NCBI GenBank assembly: GCA_944320495.1
Contig: CALUHR010000008.1
Coordinates: 32,001 to 96,000 of the forward strand
Length of the DNA: 64,000 nt
From: Candidatus Methanomethylophilaceae archaeon
GTDB lineage: Archaea; Thermoplasmatota; Thermoplasmata; Methanomassiliicoccales; Methanomethylophilaceae
Reading direction: 5' to 3'
A model generated the notes under the pieces. The model saw only the letters and a list, made by a program, of their open reading frames with translations, was not told the DNA's origin and did not search any database. A program made the translations under genes and the position numbers. The stretch's first letter is position 1, and each line of letters opens with the position of its first letter. This document shows, piece after piece, positions 42,981 to 53,806 of the stretch.

Positions 42981-42985
42981 GTCCC

Positions 42986-44674
42986 ATGTTCATACCCACC
43001 ACCAGGGAGGAGATGGACCGCCTGGGCTGGGACCGGGCGGACATCCTGCTGGTCTCGGGTGACACCTACACCGACAACTCCTACAACGGGACCGCCCTGG
43101 TGGGCCACTGGCTGATGGACCACGGGTACAGGGTCGGCATCATAGCACAGCCGAGGGTCAACACGGGGGAGGACATCTCCCGCCTCGGCCGCCCCAGGTT
43201 GTTCTGGTCCGTCTCGGCCGGATGCGTAGACTCCATGGTGGCGAACTACACGCCGACCAGGAAGTTCCGCAAGGAGGACGACTTCACCCCGGGAGGCGTC
43301 AACGACCGCCGTCCGGACAGGGCCTGCATCGCCTACACCAACCTGATCAAGAGGCACTGCAAGGGGGAGCCGGTGTTCCTGGCGGGCGTCGAGGCCAGTC
43401 TCAGACGCATCGCGCACTACGACTTCTGGTCCGACTCCGTCCGCCGCTCCGTGCTCTTCGACGCGAAGGCCGACGGGATCGTCTACGGGATGGGGGAGCT
43501 GACCAACCTCCAGATCGCCGAGAGGCTGGATTCCGGCGATGACTGGAGGGACCTCCGCGGCGTCTGCCACGCATCCTCATCGAAACCGGACGGATGCGTG
43601 GAGATGCCCTCGTACGAGGAGGTCTCCAGGAGGGACGATCGGAGGGCGTTCATGAGGGCGTTCTCCATCCTGAGGCACAACTCCGACCCCGTCACCGCGA
43701 GACAGCTCTGCCAGGCCCACGGGAACCGCTGGCTGGTGCAGAACCGCCCCCAGAGGTGCATGACCACGGAGGAGCTCGACGCGGCCTACGAGTCCTCCTT
43801 CGAGAACAGGGTCCACCCCTTCTACGCCGGAGGCGGACGCGTCGCCGCCCTGGACACCGTCAGGAACTCCGTCACCACGCATAGGGGATGCTACGGGGAC
43901 TGCTCCTTCTGCGCCATAGCGGCGCACCAGGGGACGACGGTCGTCTCGAGATCGCACGACTCCATCATGAGGGAGGTCCGTCGCATGGCCGCCTCCGAGG
44001 GTTTCGACGGCGTCATACGCGATGTGGGAGGGGCCACGGCCAACATGTACGGGATCGAATGCACCAAGAAGCTCTCGAACGGGAGGTGCGAGGATAGGAG
44101 ATGCCTCGGAGGGAGACCGTGTCCGAGGCTGCCGATCGACCACTCGGAGCAGATCCGCCTGCTGGATGACGTATCGTCGGTGGACGGTGTGCGCAGAGTG
44201 TTCATCGCCTCCGGCATAAGGCACGACATGGTGCTCGCGGACAGGCGCAGGGGCGGGGACTACCTGGACAGGGTCGTCTCCGAGCACGTGTCCGGACAGA
44301 TGAAGGTCGCCCCGGAGCACGTGTGCGACGATGTTCTCAGGCTGATGGGCAAGCCCGGCAGGGATGCCCTGCTGGGATTCAAGGGCATGTTCGACGAGTG
44401 CTGCAGGGAGCGCGGGAAGGAGGAGTTCCTCACCTACTACCTGATGGCCGCGCATCCCGGATGCACCCGGGACCACATGCGCGAACTCGCATCCTTCTGT
44501 ACCAGGGAGCTCGGCACCCATCCCGAGCAGGTGCAGGTCTTCACCCCGACCCCTTCCACGTATTCGACGGCAATGTGGTGGTGCGGCACCGACGAGAGGG
44601 GCCGTCCGGTGACCGTCGAACGCTCCATCCAGGGCAGGCAGAGGCAGAAGGAGATGGTCTGCGGGAGGCGCCGA
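42986..44674 (+). CDS. ygiQ: YgiQ-family (UPF0313) radical SAM protein; ends at CGA
   Basis: GDTYTD, GCVDSMVANYT, GVEASLRRIAHYD, RGCYGDCSFC, QVFTPTP. CGA at 44672-44674 overlaps the next ATG. Confidence 0.92.
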
Positions 44675-45345
44675 TGGACGCCTGTCTCTCCCGCTTGGTC
44701 TCCGAACGCTGCGGATGCGAGGTGGACGCTTCGTTCATCAGAAGGAAGGAGTTCCGCTTCGCATGGGGCACGCGCGACGGACGTCCCGTCATCCAGATAT
44801 CGGACTATCTCCGGGACGCCCCGGACCAGGTCCTGACGGACTTCGGGGAGATGCTGGTCCGTCGCTCCAGGAAGCAGAGGACCGCCGTTCCGGCGTCGTT
44901 CTGCGAATACGTGGCCACCGACGACTTCGTCATATCCCGGAGGCCCACCTACATCGATCGCAGCAGGAACCTGCTCCGCACCGACATCGGGGACCACGCC
45001 TTCATACCGGACTCGATCCAGAGGCTCCTGGACGCGGGGCTGCTGACACCCGAGGACATTCGCAACTCCTGGTTCTCCTGGACCCGCAGGGACAACCTGC
45101 GCAGGCTGGGGTTCTGCTCCACGCTGTTCCGTGTCGTGGGGATATCCTCTGCCCTGGACTCGCCGGAAGTCCCGGATTCCATCAGGGACTATGTGGTCTA
45201 CCATGAGTGCCTGCATCTCAGGCAGGGATACCGCCCCGGCGGGCGCATCCATGATGCGGAGTTTCGTCGTTGGGAGCGCTCCTACCCCGGATGGAAGGAA
45301 TGCGAGAACGCCCTTCGCACCCTCCACCGCCGGACAGGTTCTTGA
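44674..45345 (+). CDS. M48/YgjP-like zinc metalloprotease-domain protein
   Basis: DYVVYHECLH (HExxH) and HDAEF; ATG in the CGATG overlap. Confidence 0.75.
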   Translation: MDACLSRLVSERCGCEVDASFIRRKEFRFAWGTRDGRPVIQISDYLRDAPDQVLTDFGEMLVRRSRKQRTAVPASFCEYVATDDFVISRRPTYIDRSRNLLRTDIGDHAFIPDSIQRLLDAGLLTPEDIRNSWFSWTRRDNLRRLGFCSTLFRVVGISSALDSPEVPDSIRDYVVYHECLHLRQGYRPGGRIHDAEFRRWERSYPGWKECENALRTLHRRTGS

Positions 45346-45367
45346 ATGACGAGCCGATTCGGCATCC

Positions 45368-46243
45368 ATGGAGCAGAGAGGCTTCGTGTTCCACGGAACC
45401 GACGGAGAGGCCGTGTACAGCATAGACCAGGTCAGGGAGCTCGCCTCCCGCGACGATCCGGACGGGGTGTACGCCCTCGCGATGGCATACCTCTTCGGAT
45501 GGGACGTCGAGGCCGATGAGGACAGGGGATACGATCTTCTCGAGAAGGCAGTGGGGCTCGGACAGACCGACGCCATGGCCCTGATGGTCCGCCTGTACAT
45601 GCAGAACGAGTACGACGGCATCGACAACGAGCGCGCCGCCGAACTTTCGATCACAGCGGCCAAGGACGGCATCCCCGAGGCGCAGCTCTATGCCGGCCTC
45701 GCCTACATGGACGGGGTCTCCGTACCCCAGGACTATGCGGAGGCGTCCCGCTACCTGTCCCTCGCGGCCAACCAGGGCGACCAGGAGGCCAGGACCGCGC
45801 TGGCGTACCTCTACGAGAACGGCCTGGGCGTGGGGAAGGACGAGGCCAAGGCATTCTCCATGTACAGGACGGCCGCCCGCGGAGGATGCGTGAACGCCAT
45901 GTTCCACGCCGGCATCTGCCTCGAGTTCGGCATCGGCACCAAGGCGGACCCCGACAAGGCCAAGGGATGGTATCTCGAGGGCTCCAAGGGAGGGGATGCC
46001 TTCGCCATGGAGAGGCTCGGCCACCTGACCCTCGATGAGGATCCCGGGGAGGCCTTCGAATGGTTCCTCAAGGCCGCCCTCGAGGGTGTGACCACCGCCA
46101 TGGGGACCGTCGGGTTCTGCTATCTGAACGGGGTCGGGACGGAGGCCGACAGGACGGAGGCCGTGAAATGGCTCCGCATGGCGGCCGACAACGGCATCGA
46201 GGAGGCCTCGGAGGCGCTCTCCGAGCTGGGGGGTCGCCACCGA
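45368..46243 (+). CDS. Sel1-repeat protein; ends at CGA
   Basis: Repeated AQLYAGLAY.DG..V.QD..EA units; CGA at 46241-46243. Confidence 0.85.
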
Positions 46244-46304
46244 TGGGGAGCGATCCCTCTGCCAAGAAAGTTAAAGCAGTGAGTGCATCGCCGTGGCGAT
46301 TCCA

Positions 46305-46973
46305 ATGACCGCAGGCGATTCTCTCGAGACCATGGCGGCTGGGGGAGACCCAGATTCGCAGTTCCAGCTCGGCGTCCAGTACCTCTACGGCACCGGCGAC
46401 ACCCCCAAGGACGCCTCCAAGGCCGCCGAATGGTTCAGGAAGGCCATGGAGAGCGGACATGTCCCCGCCATCAGGGAGTACGGGATTCTCGTCGCATCCA
46501 GCGAGGGCGTCGAGGCCGACCCGGAGGAGGGGGCACGCATCCTCGGAAGGGCGGCCGACGAGCTCGACCCCAGCGCGATGTACCATCTCGGCCTGATGTA
46601 CGAGAAGGGCATCGGCGTGCCCGTGGACATGCAGAAGGCCGTCAGGCTCCTCGCTTACGCGGCCATGATGGGCTATCCCGGCGCCGACATCGACGCACAG
46701 CGCATCGATGACATCCTCACCGAGGAGCGCAACAGGCGCCTGAAGTCCAGGCCCGTCATCAAGCTCATGCTCTCCGACGTGGACGTGGAGGCGGCCTGCT
46801 GCCCGAGGATGCTTGACGACCTCCTGGCCCAGAGGACCGTTTTCACCGAGAGCGAGGAGGGCCCCGCCCTGCTCGGCGACGACGCCCAGGGATTCGAGGC
46901 CGTCTTCCACGCGTGCCCCTACTGCGGAGCTCCCATCCAGATCGTTCCGAGGGACAAGCAGTACTTCGGATGA
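46305..46973 (+). CDS. Sel1-repeat protein with C-terminal Cys-containing domain
   Basis: SQFQLGVQYLYG, AMYHLGLMYEKG; C-terminal CCPRM...CPYCG. The start may instead be GTG 46293. Confidence 0.8.
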   Translation: MTAGDSLETMAAGGDPDSQFQLGVQYLYGTGDTPKDASKAAEWFRKAMESGHVPAIREYGILVASSEGVEADPEEGARILGRAADELDPSAMYHLGLMYEKGIGVPVDMQKAVRLLAYAAMMGYPGADIDAQRIDDILTEERNRRLKSRPVIKLMLSDVDVEAACCPRMLDDLLAQRTVFTESEEGPALLGDDAQGFEAVFHACPYCGAPIQIVPRDKQYFG

Positions 46974-47927
46974 TCGCATCCGGGCGGCCAGGAACTCGGC
47001 CGCCTCGGGGCATCCTATCTCGGATGACAGCCTGATCAGCCCCATGCCCTTGCGCTCGTCGGCTTCGATGCCCTCCCCGTTGAGGTACATCAGCCCGAGC
47101 ATGAATATGGCCAGTGGATCCCACGATTCCGCCGCACCCCTGAAGAGGCTTCTGGCGGAGCCGAGGTCCCTCTCCACCCCTAAGCCTGAATAGTACATCA
47201 TCCCCAGCGTGAGCATGGACTCGCGATCGCCGCGTTCCGCCGAGCATGACAGCATCCGGGCGGCCAGGACCTCGTCCTTCGCGACGCCGTCGCCGTACAG
47301 GTAGCGGAGGCCGATCTCCCTCAGCGAGTTGGGCTCCCCGTGCGATGCGGCGATGCCGTACCACTCCACCGCCTTTGCCGGATCCTTCCCCGTCCCCTCG
47401 CCGGTCTCGAACATGCGCGCGACGTTGAACATCGCATCGACGTTGCCATGGTCGGCGGATTTCGAGAAGAGGGCGAACGCCTCAGACCTGTCCAGACGTG
47501 TGCCCCAGCCGTTGTAGTACAGGATCCCTAGGTTGCACTGCGCGCCCGGATGGCCCTGGTCGGCGGCAAGTAGATACCACTTGGCGGCCTCCATCTTGTT
47601 GACCGGTATGCCGAGACCCTTGTCGCAGATGTAGCCGAGTCCGTACTGCGCCTCGGAGTACCCCTGGTCCGCTGCTTTGCGGTACCAGTGGATGGCCTCC
47701 GTCGCATCGGCCGGCATCCCGATCCCGTTGAGCAGGAAGTAGCCGTAGGTGTACTGCGCCTCGGCATATCCGGAACGGGCGGCATCGGAGATGAGGGAGA
47801 CCGCCCTCTTCGGGTCCCTCTCGACGCCGTCGCCTTCGTAACAGCGTCTGCCCAGAATGTACTGCGCCTCGGGATCGCCGCGTTCGGAACGGGCGGTCAG
47901 CTCCAGGATGGAATGGCCGTCGGACAT
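46974..47927 (-). CDS. Sel1-repeat protein; ends at CGA
   Basis: About eight Sel1 units (AQYILG, AQYTYG, AQYGLG, AQCNLG...). CGA at 46976-46974 abuts the convergent gene's TGA. Confidence 0.88.
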
Positions 47928-48084
47928 ATGACCATAAACCGACTATCTCCAATTAATGATGTCTGTCGAACTGGGACGCATCCATCGTTCCAGGATGGGA
48001 CAGTCACCCATCGTCGGCTGATCGCACGGATCCCACGCGTCTTTCGATGCAGAATCTATATGTCCGTACTCCATTCCGAATCCC

Positions 48085-48642
48085 ATGGCAGACCCACAGA
48101 CCGAGGAGTACACCCTGGAGGAGGCCGCTGCGATCATAGAGGCGGCCATCGACAGGAAGAAATCTGAGATTGAGTGCCTGCGGAAGCGCGCGAACCGCCT
48201 CAAGAAGGAGGAGAAGGTCAACGCCAACCGCCAGCTCGTCGCCTATCTCGAGGCTGACGTGACCGCATACACCACCGTTCTCGCCGACATGCGCGACGAC
48301 GACGCCCTCCTCGAGGGTCTCGACCTGGACGCCGAGCCCGTGGAGGTCCCGGACGACTACCAGGACTACATCGACGGACTCTCCGCGGACGACCTCGAGA
48401 ACGAGATGGACGCGGAGTCCATCCGCGCCGACTACTGCGACGCCGTCGTCGAGGAGATGTGCACCTCCATCGGCGAGCAGGCCCTCAGCTCCAAGAAGAT
48501 GGTGAAGGCCCTCCTGGAGGACCCGTACGCACTGGAGCAGATCGGCGAGGTCGTGTTCTACGACGACTACCTCTACGACCTCTTCAAGACCATCTCCGCC
48601 GAGAAGGCTGAGAAGAAGTCCAAGAAGAAAAAGAAGAAGTGA
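48085..48642 (+). CDS. Acidic hypothetical protein with Lys-rich tail
   Basis: 185 aa, D/E-rich, ends KKSKKKKKK; strong coding-type codon usage. Confidence 0.7.
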   Translation: MADPQTEEYTLEEAAAIIEAAIDRKKSEIECLRKRANRLKKEEKVNANRQLVAYLEADVTAYTTVLADMRDDDALLEGLDLDAEPVEVPDDYQDYIDGLSADDLENEMDAESIRADYCDAVVEEMCTSIGEQALSSKKMVKALLEDPYALEQIGEVVFYDDYLYDLFKTISAEKAEKKSKKKKKK

Positions 48643-49337
48643 TCCCGGTGCCCGCAAGCAAGTACGAGAGGGAGCTGAGATTCATCGATTCCGAGGTCGC
48701 CAGGCTCAACCGCGGACTCAAGGACCTAGCGGAACGCATGCCCGACAGCCCTTCAGAGGCGGCCAGAAAGGCCGACGAGGTTCTGGGCATCCAGGACAAG
48801 ATCGCCACCCTGATCGCCAGGAAGCGCGAGATCGAGGACTCCTTCATCAGGGCCGGGATGGACGTCCCCGACATCGGACGCAGCATGAACGCCACCGTCC
48901 ACAACGCCGGGGGATTCGAGATCCACGGGACCCAGGAGGCGGAGACCGTGGCCGGCCTTAAGCCGACCCAGATGTCCATCGAGGGCATCAACGAGGACAT
49001 CCGCAGCATCAACGCGGAGCTCGCCTCCATCGAGGACCGCCGGGTCGCCGCCGAGATCGAGGGCGACTCCGACGAGGTCCAGAAGCTCGACATGATGGCA
49101 TCGTCCCTCCGTTCCAGGAGGGACTCCCTGATCCAGTCCGCCAGAGAGATCCGCTCCGCCCCCAAGGAGGAGGAGCCCTCGCAGGTGAGCGGCGAGGATC
49201 TCGAGAGGATCGCCAGACTCGAGTCCGAGACGGCCTCCCTGCGCTCGCAGGTCTCCGACGTGAGGAACGGCCTGCAGGACGTCAAGGAGCAGCTCAGGCA
49301 GATCATGCTGGCCCTGGGCATCGAACCGGACGAATGA
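48639..49337 (+). CDS. Coiled-coil hypothetical protein
   Basis: GTG start in a GTGA overlap; heptad-rich sequence. Confidence 0.65.
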   Translation: MIPVPASKYERELRFIDSEVARLNRGLKDLAERMPDSPSEAARKADEVLGIQDKIATLIARKREIEDSFIRAGMDVPDIGRSMNATVHNAGGFEIHGTQEAETVAGLKPTQMSIEGINEDIRSINAELASIEDRRVAAEIEGDSDEVQKLDMMASSLRSRRDSLIQSAREIRSAPKEEEPSQVSGEDLERIARLESETASLRSQVSDVRNGLQDVKEQLRQIMLALGIEPDE

Positions 49338-51410
49338 TCGTCCCTCCGCGGCCTCGATGAGGCCGCGGATCAACTCCCCTTCCCTTGCGGACCAGAAGCC
49401 GACGTCACATACCACGACGAGTCTGCGTCTGGCCCTTGAGACCGCCGTGTTGATCACCCTTCTGCCCATCGGCGTCTCCGAGCTCGTGAACCTCAGGGGG
49501 ACGTCCCTGTTCACGGTCCCGCTGTCCGCCACGCTGAGCACCACCGTGTCCCATTCCCTCCCCTGGGACCCGTGGACGGTCATCACGCAGTCTGAATACC
49601 TGCGCCCCACCTTGGACCTCAGGAGCCTGCACTGCGCCGTGTAAGGCGAAAGGACGCACACATCCGAGGGGTCTGGCGACGAAGCCTTCAGCAGCCTGGC
49701 TATGGCATCCGCCTCCGCCCTGTTCTCGCGGGTGTCGCGCTCCCCGCAGACGACGTCGATGCACTCTATCGACATGTCCGTCTCCGAGGAACCGGTCATG
49801 CCGTTGCGGTAGACGTAGCGGTCCAGGACCCTGGCGAGGGATTCCCCGAACCTCCTCGAATCTGTCAGGTCCCTGCGCACTGTGACCGAGAAGGACGGCC
49901 CGGAGCCGGAGATGTACTCGGCACGCAGGTCGATCAGGCCTCTTGTGAGGACGGTCTCGCAATGGAGGGCGGACATGTTCCAGATGAACGCATCGGAAAG
50001 CCATCCGCCCGACTGAGCCCTGTCCATGAGCAGGGCCTCGTCGAGCTGGGTCACCGGCGGAAGCTGCATGTGGTCCCCGAACATGGCCACCGGCACGCCG
50101 TTGGTGAAGAGGGCGAGCGCCTGCACCAGGCCACAGTATCCGGCCTCGTCGAGGAATATCCTGTCCACGTCGAGCTCCATCCTCCCGTCCTCGGGGGAGC
50201 CCTTCGGACGGAATCTGGAGATGAACTGGTGGGGCGTCGCCGCGATTATCGGAGCACTGGCTATCCTGTTCCCGGTCGACCTGGACCTCAGCACGGACAT
50301 CTCATCGTAGAGCCTGGAGATCTCCGCCGATATCTCCTCCGCGCTCCACTCGCCGTACTCGGAGATCTCCGCCGCCGGACGCTCGCGGTCGAAGAGGGCG
50401 GAATGGAGCTATCTCGCGGCCTCCGACAGCGGTACGCCCTCCGACATTATCGCGGCGGTCGAAGGGCGCATGGAAGCCACCGTCATTATGTCCCCGATGA
50501 TGCGCTCCCTCTCAGGATCACCGTCGGCATACCCCTCCGCATCGTCCAGGATCCCGGCGGACGTCAGGTGCTCGAGCTGGGCCCTTACGGAATCGCAGGC
50601 CCTCTCGTAGAGGACCTCCTCGAGATTCCCGATGGACCTGGCACATCCGTCTATCCTCATCTGGGCCTGGTTGTCCTCGCACATGTCCGGATGCTCCGCG
50701 AGGAACCCCTTCGTCGGGACGCCCAGCCTGACTATCCCCTTCGGGACCCCGTCCTCGCCGAACGCCCCCAGGATCCCCCTCAGCACCTGCTCGACCGAGT
50801 TGTTGGTGGGTGCGAACACCGCGACCCTCTCACCGGCCTCGAGACAGCCGCGGATGCAGGATGCCAGAACGAACTGGGTCTTGCCCGTGCCCGGGGCCCC
50901 CCAGACATACGACATCGACGACGAGGCGACCGCCAGGGCCGCCGATTCCTGCTGTCCGGTCGGGACGCCGGGATATTGCGGCTCGACCGTGTTCTGAGGC
51001 TCGCCGGGGGCTCTGACGTAGGCCCCGTACCTGCGGTAGAAGTCCCCCGCGGCCAGTACCAGGAACTTCATGTCCGCGAGGACCGAGATCCTGGCACCCT
51101 CCACGGACATGACGCGGAGGACCTCGGCATCAGGCCTGACCACGATGGTCCTCGAGATCTCGTCGTACCTCGTGAACCCGGCATCCTGCTCGCCCAGGAC
51201 CCTCTCGCCTATCCTGAGCAGGAGGCCCGAGGTGTCGCTGAGGCGGGCCGCCAGATGCAGTATCGCGAAGCCCTGCCTCACATCGGCGGAGGTCACCAGG
51301 GTCTCGGACATCCCCATCGGTGGATCCGTCACCCACTGCATGTCCTCCATGTAGCGGTAGACGGCATCGGCCGATCCGGAGAACACCGCTGATATCTCTT
51401 CCCCATCCAT
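49338..51410 (-). CDS. Upf1/DNA2-like SF1B helicase with an in-frame TAG (likely Pyl); ends at CGA
   Basis: GAPGTGKT lies before TAG 50411-50409; DEAG, GDHMQLPPV, TVHGSQGREWD and NTAVSRAR lie after it in the same frame. 690 aa with readthrough. Confidence 0.85.
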
Positions 51411-51482
51411 GACGCCGTCTGCCGCAATGGGGATTTAAGCGGAACGGCGCAGGCTACACTCTTCGATATAGGGAGCGTAGCA

Positions 51483-51917
51483 TCAGGAGTAGAAGCTGGC
51501 CCAGTTCTGCTCGATGTCCTTGTCATCGAACTTGGGGACTCCCTCGGAGAAATCGTCCCAGTCCACGGGCTCCCTGGAGAGCACGACGAAGGAGTTGTTC
51601 CCTGTGTCGAACTTGATGGCGTCGGAGGAGACCATGATCTTGACGTTGAACAGCATGCTGATGTTCAGGTCCTTGTAGTCCCCGTCGGGGTCCTCGACGG
51701 AACGGTCCCTGCGCAGGCTGTTGATGCGGATCTTGCGCTCCTTGAACAGGCCCTTCACGACCTTGGTGGCCCTGTCGAGGTAGTATCCGTCGCCCAGTTC
51801 CAGCGACCAGTACTCGACGCCCGCCGCATCCGGGCCGACCTCGGCCTCCGTCCATCCGGTGTAGTCGTCCTTGCTGGTGCCAGCGTAGATCCTGTATTGA
51901 ATCTCCTTCGAGATCAT
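51483..51917 (-). CDS. Hypothetical protein
   Basis: 144 aa with coding-type codon usage; no motif recognised. Confidence 0.65.
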   Translation of the reverse strand: MISKEIQYRIYAGTSKDDYTGWTEAEVGPDAAGVEYWSLELGDGYYLDRATKVVKGLFKERKIRINSLRRDRSVEDPDGDYKDLNISMLFNVKIMVSSDAIKFDTGNNSFVVLSREPVDWDDFSEGVPKFDDKDIEQNWASFYS

Positions 51918-52051
51918 CCCGTACCCTGCCTCTCCATGGATGTCCGATATTTAGCTCTTAATCGGCCCCATCCCGGTTTTCGATGGCCGTTATCCCGCCC
52001 CGTGAGTAACCGGGGCAATCATCATTATAGCGTCCTCCCGATACGGGTCGC

Positions 52052-52933
52052 ATGTTCGCGGACGCCTGTGGCAAGGTCTCGGAGTTCTCCAGACCTGTGG
52101 TCATCTCGACTAGGCATCAGGACGGCACCATCAAGACCGAATGCGGCACGTTCATCGTCCTCAACCGGGACGGCTGGATAATCACCGCCGGCCACATGTA
52201 CGACTCCTATGTGAAGTACCAGGGGGACCGCAAGAAGGCCGAGGAGATCGAGGAGCTCAACGCCGCCCGCAGCTCCAGGCCCGGTGCCCCGTCGCAGCCG
52301 GTGAAGCTCGATCCCGGCATGATAACGAACCACTCCTTCTGGTGGGGCTGGGACGGCGTCCGCATCACCAACGTCTACGTCAACAGGCAGCTGGACATGG
52401 CCGTGGGAAGGCTGGAGCCCTTCGACCCCGAATGGGTCCGTGAGTATCCGGTCCTCAGGGACCCGGACCATCTCCGCCCGGGCACCAGCGTGTGCAGGTC
52501 CGGATACCCGTTCGTCAACATCACCGCGTCCTGGGACGACGCGACCTCCTCGTTCAGGATACCCAAGATCCCGATCAGGGACCTGATATTCCCCAACGAG
52601 GGCATACACACGCGGACCGTCGACCGCGGCAGGACCAGGGACGGCGACTTCCGCATGCTCTACGTGGAGACGTCGTCGCCCGGGCTCAAAGGCCAGTCGG
52701 GGGGCCCCATCTTCGACAGGGAGGGGAGGATCTACGCGATGCAGGTGCAGACCATGCACATGCCCCTCGGCTTCCATCCCACCGTCGAGTACGACGGCAA
52801 GACCGTCGTGGAGAACCAGTTCATGAACGTCGGCCTCGGGGTCCATGTGGCCACCATCAGGGACGTCCTCGACAGCCGCGGCGTGAGATACGACGCCGAG
52901 GAGGACGCCGGGGGATACAGGATCGTGGGCCGA
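52052..52933 (+). CDS. Trypsin-like serine protease; ends CGA(-TGA)
   Basis: Catalytic triad motifs ITAGH, DMAVG, GQSGGP. Confidence 0.82.
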
Positions 52934-53439
52934 TGACCGAACCGCTCTTCACCGTGTCGACGGCGTACACGCTGTCCACCTACCGTGACTACAACCGCGC
53001 CGTGCAGGCCGCCAACGGAGTCTACCGGAGGATCTGGCTCTCCGCCGTCATCTACATCGCGGCCGGCGCCCTCCTCTGCCTGCTCCTGGAGACGTGGATG
53101 CCCGCGCCGCTGTTCGTCATACTCGCGGCGGTGAACATATGGCTGAACTTCAGGAACCTGAGGAGGGCGGAGGACTTCCAGTACCAGCAGGAGCAGCTCA
53201 TCGGCACGGTGCGCTACGACTTCTACGACGACAGGATCGATGTCACCACCACCGACGGTACGACCCAGAACCCGTACTCCGGCGTTCAGCGCGTCTACGA
53301 GACCGACAGGTCGTACCTGATCATGTTCGCGCCCATGTCCGGGGCCATCCTCCCCCGCGAGGACTGCAGCCCCGAGCTCATCGAGTTCCTCGCTACACGG
53401 TTTAAGTTTGAAAGACTACGTTCCCCCCGTTCGATTTAA
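52933..53439 (+). CDS. YcxB-like membrane protein
   Basis: Two TM helices then YDFYDDRI...YSGVQRVYETDRSYLI...AILPR; ends TAA. Confidence 0.7.
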   Translation: MTEPLFTVSTAYTLSTYRDYNRAVQAANGVYRRIWLSAVIYIAAGALLCLLLETWMPAPLFVILAAVNIWLNFRNLRRAEDFQYQQEQLIGTVRYDFYDDRIDVTTTDGTTQNPYSGVQRVYETDRSYLIMFAPMSGAILPREDCSPELIEFLATRFKFERLRSPRSI

Positions 53440-53463
53440 ATCTTAACATCCTAATAGCTAATC

Positions 53464-53766
53464 ATGGACGACTCCGATATCGAGCGTCTCTCGTTGATCG
53501 GAAAGGCGCTCTCAGATCCCAGCAGGATCCGCATACTCCTCAACTTCAGGGGAAGGACCCTCTCGATCTCCACGATGACGGAAGAGCTGGAGACATACCA
53601 GTCCAATCTCTCGTACCACATGTCCATCCTGGTGAAGGCGGGTCTAGTCACCCGTGTCGACACAGGCAAGTGGCACTATTACGCCGTTGACCCCGAGACC
53701 CTCGAGCTGGCTCGCAGGTTCATCACCCAGTGCTCCAAGCGCCCCCGCTCCCGCAGGCAGGAGCGA
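53464..53766 (+). CDS. ArsR/SmtB-family regulator; ends at CGA
   Basis: KALSDPSRIRIL, SNLSYHMSILVKAGLV, KWHYY. CGA at 53764-53766 gives 100 aa. Confidence 0.85.
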
Positions 53767-53806
53767 GGGCCAACTGTTTTTCTATTGGCTCGGATTCCGC
53801 CCGGGC

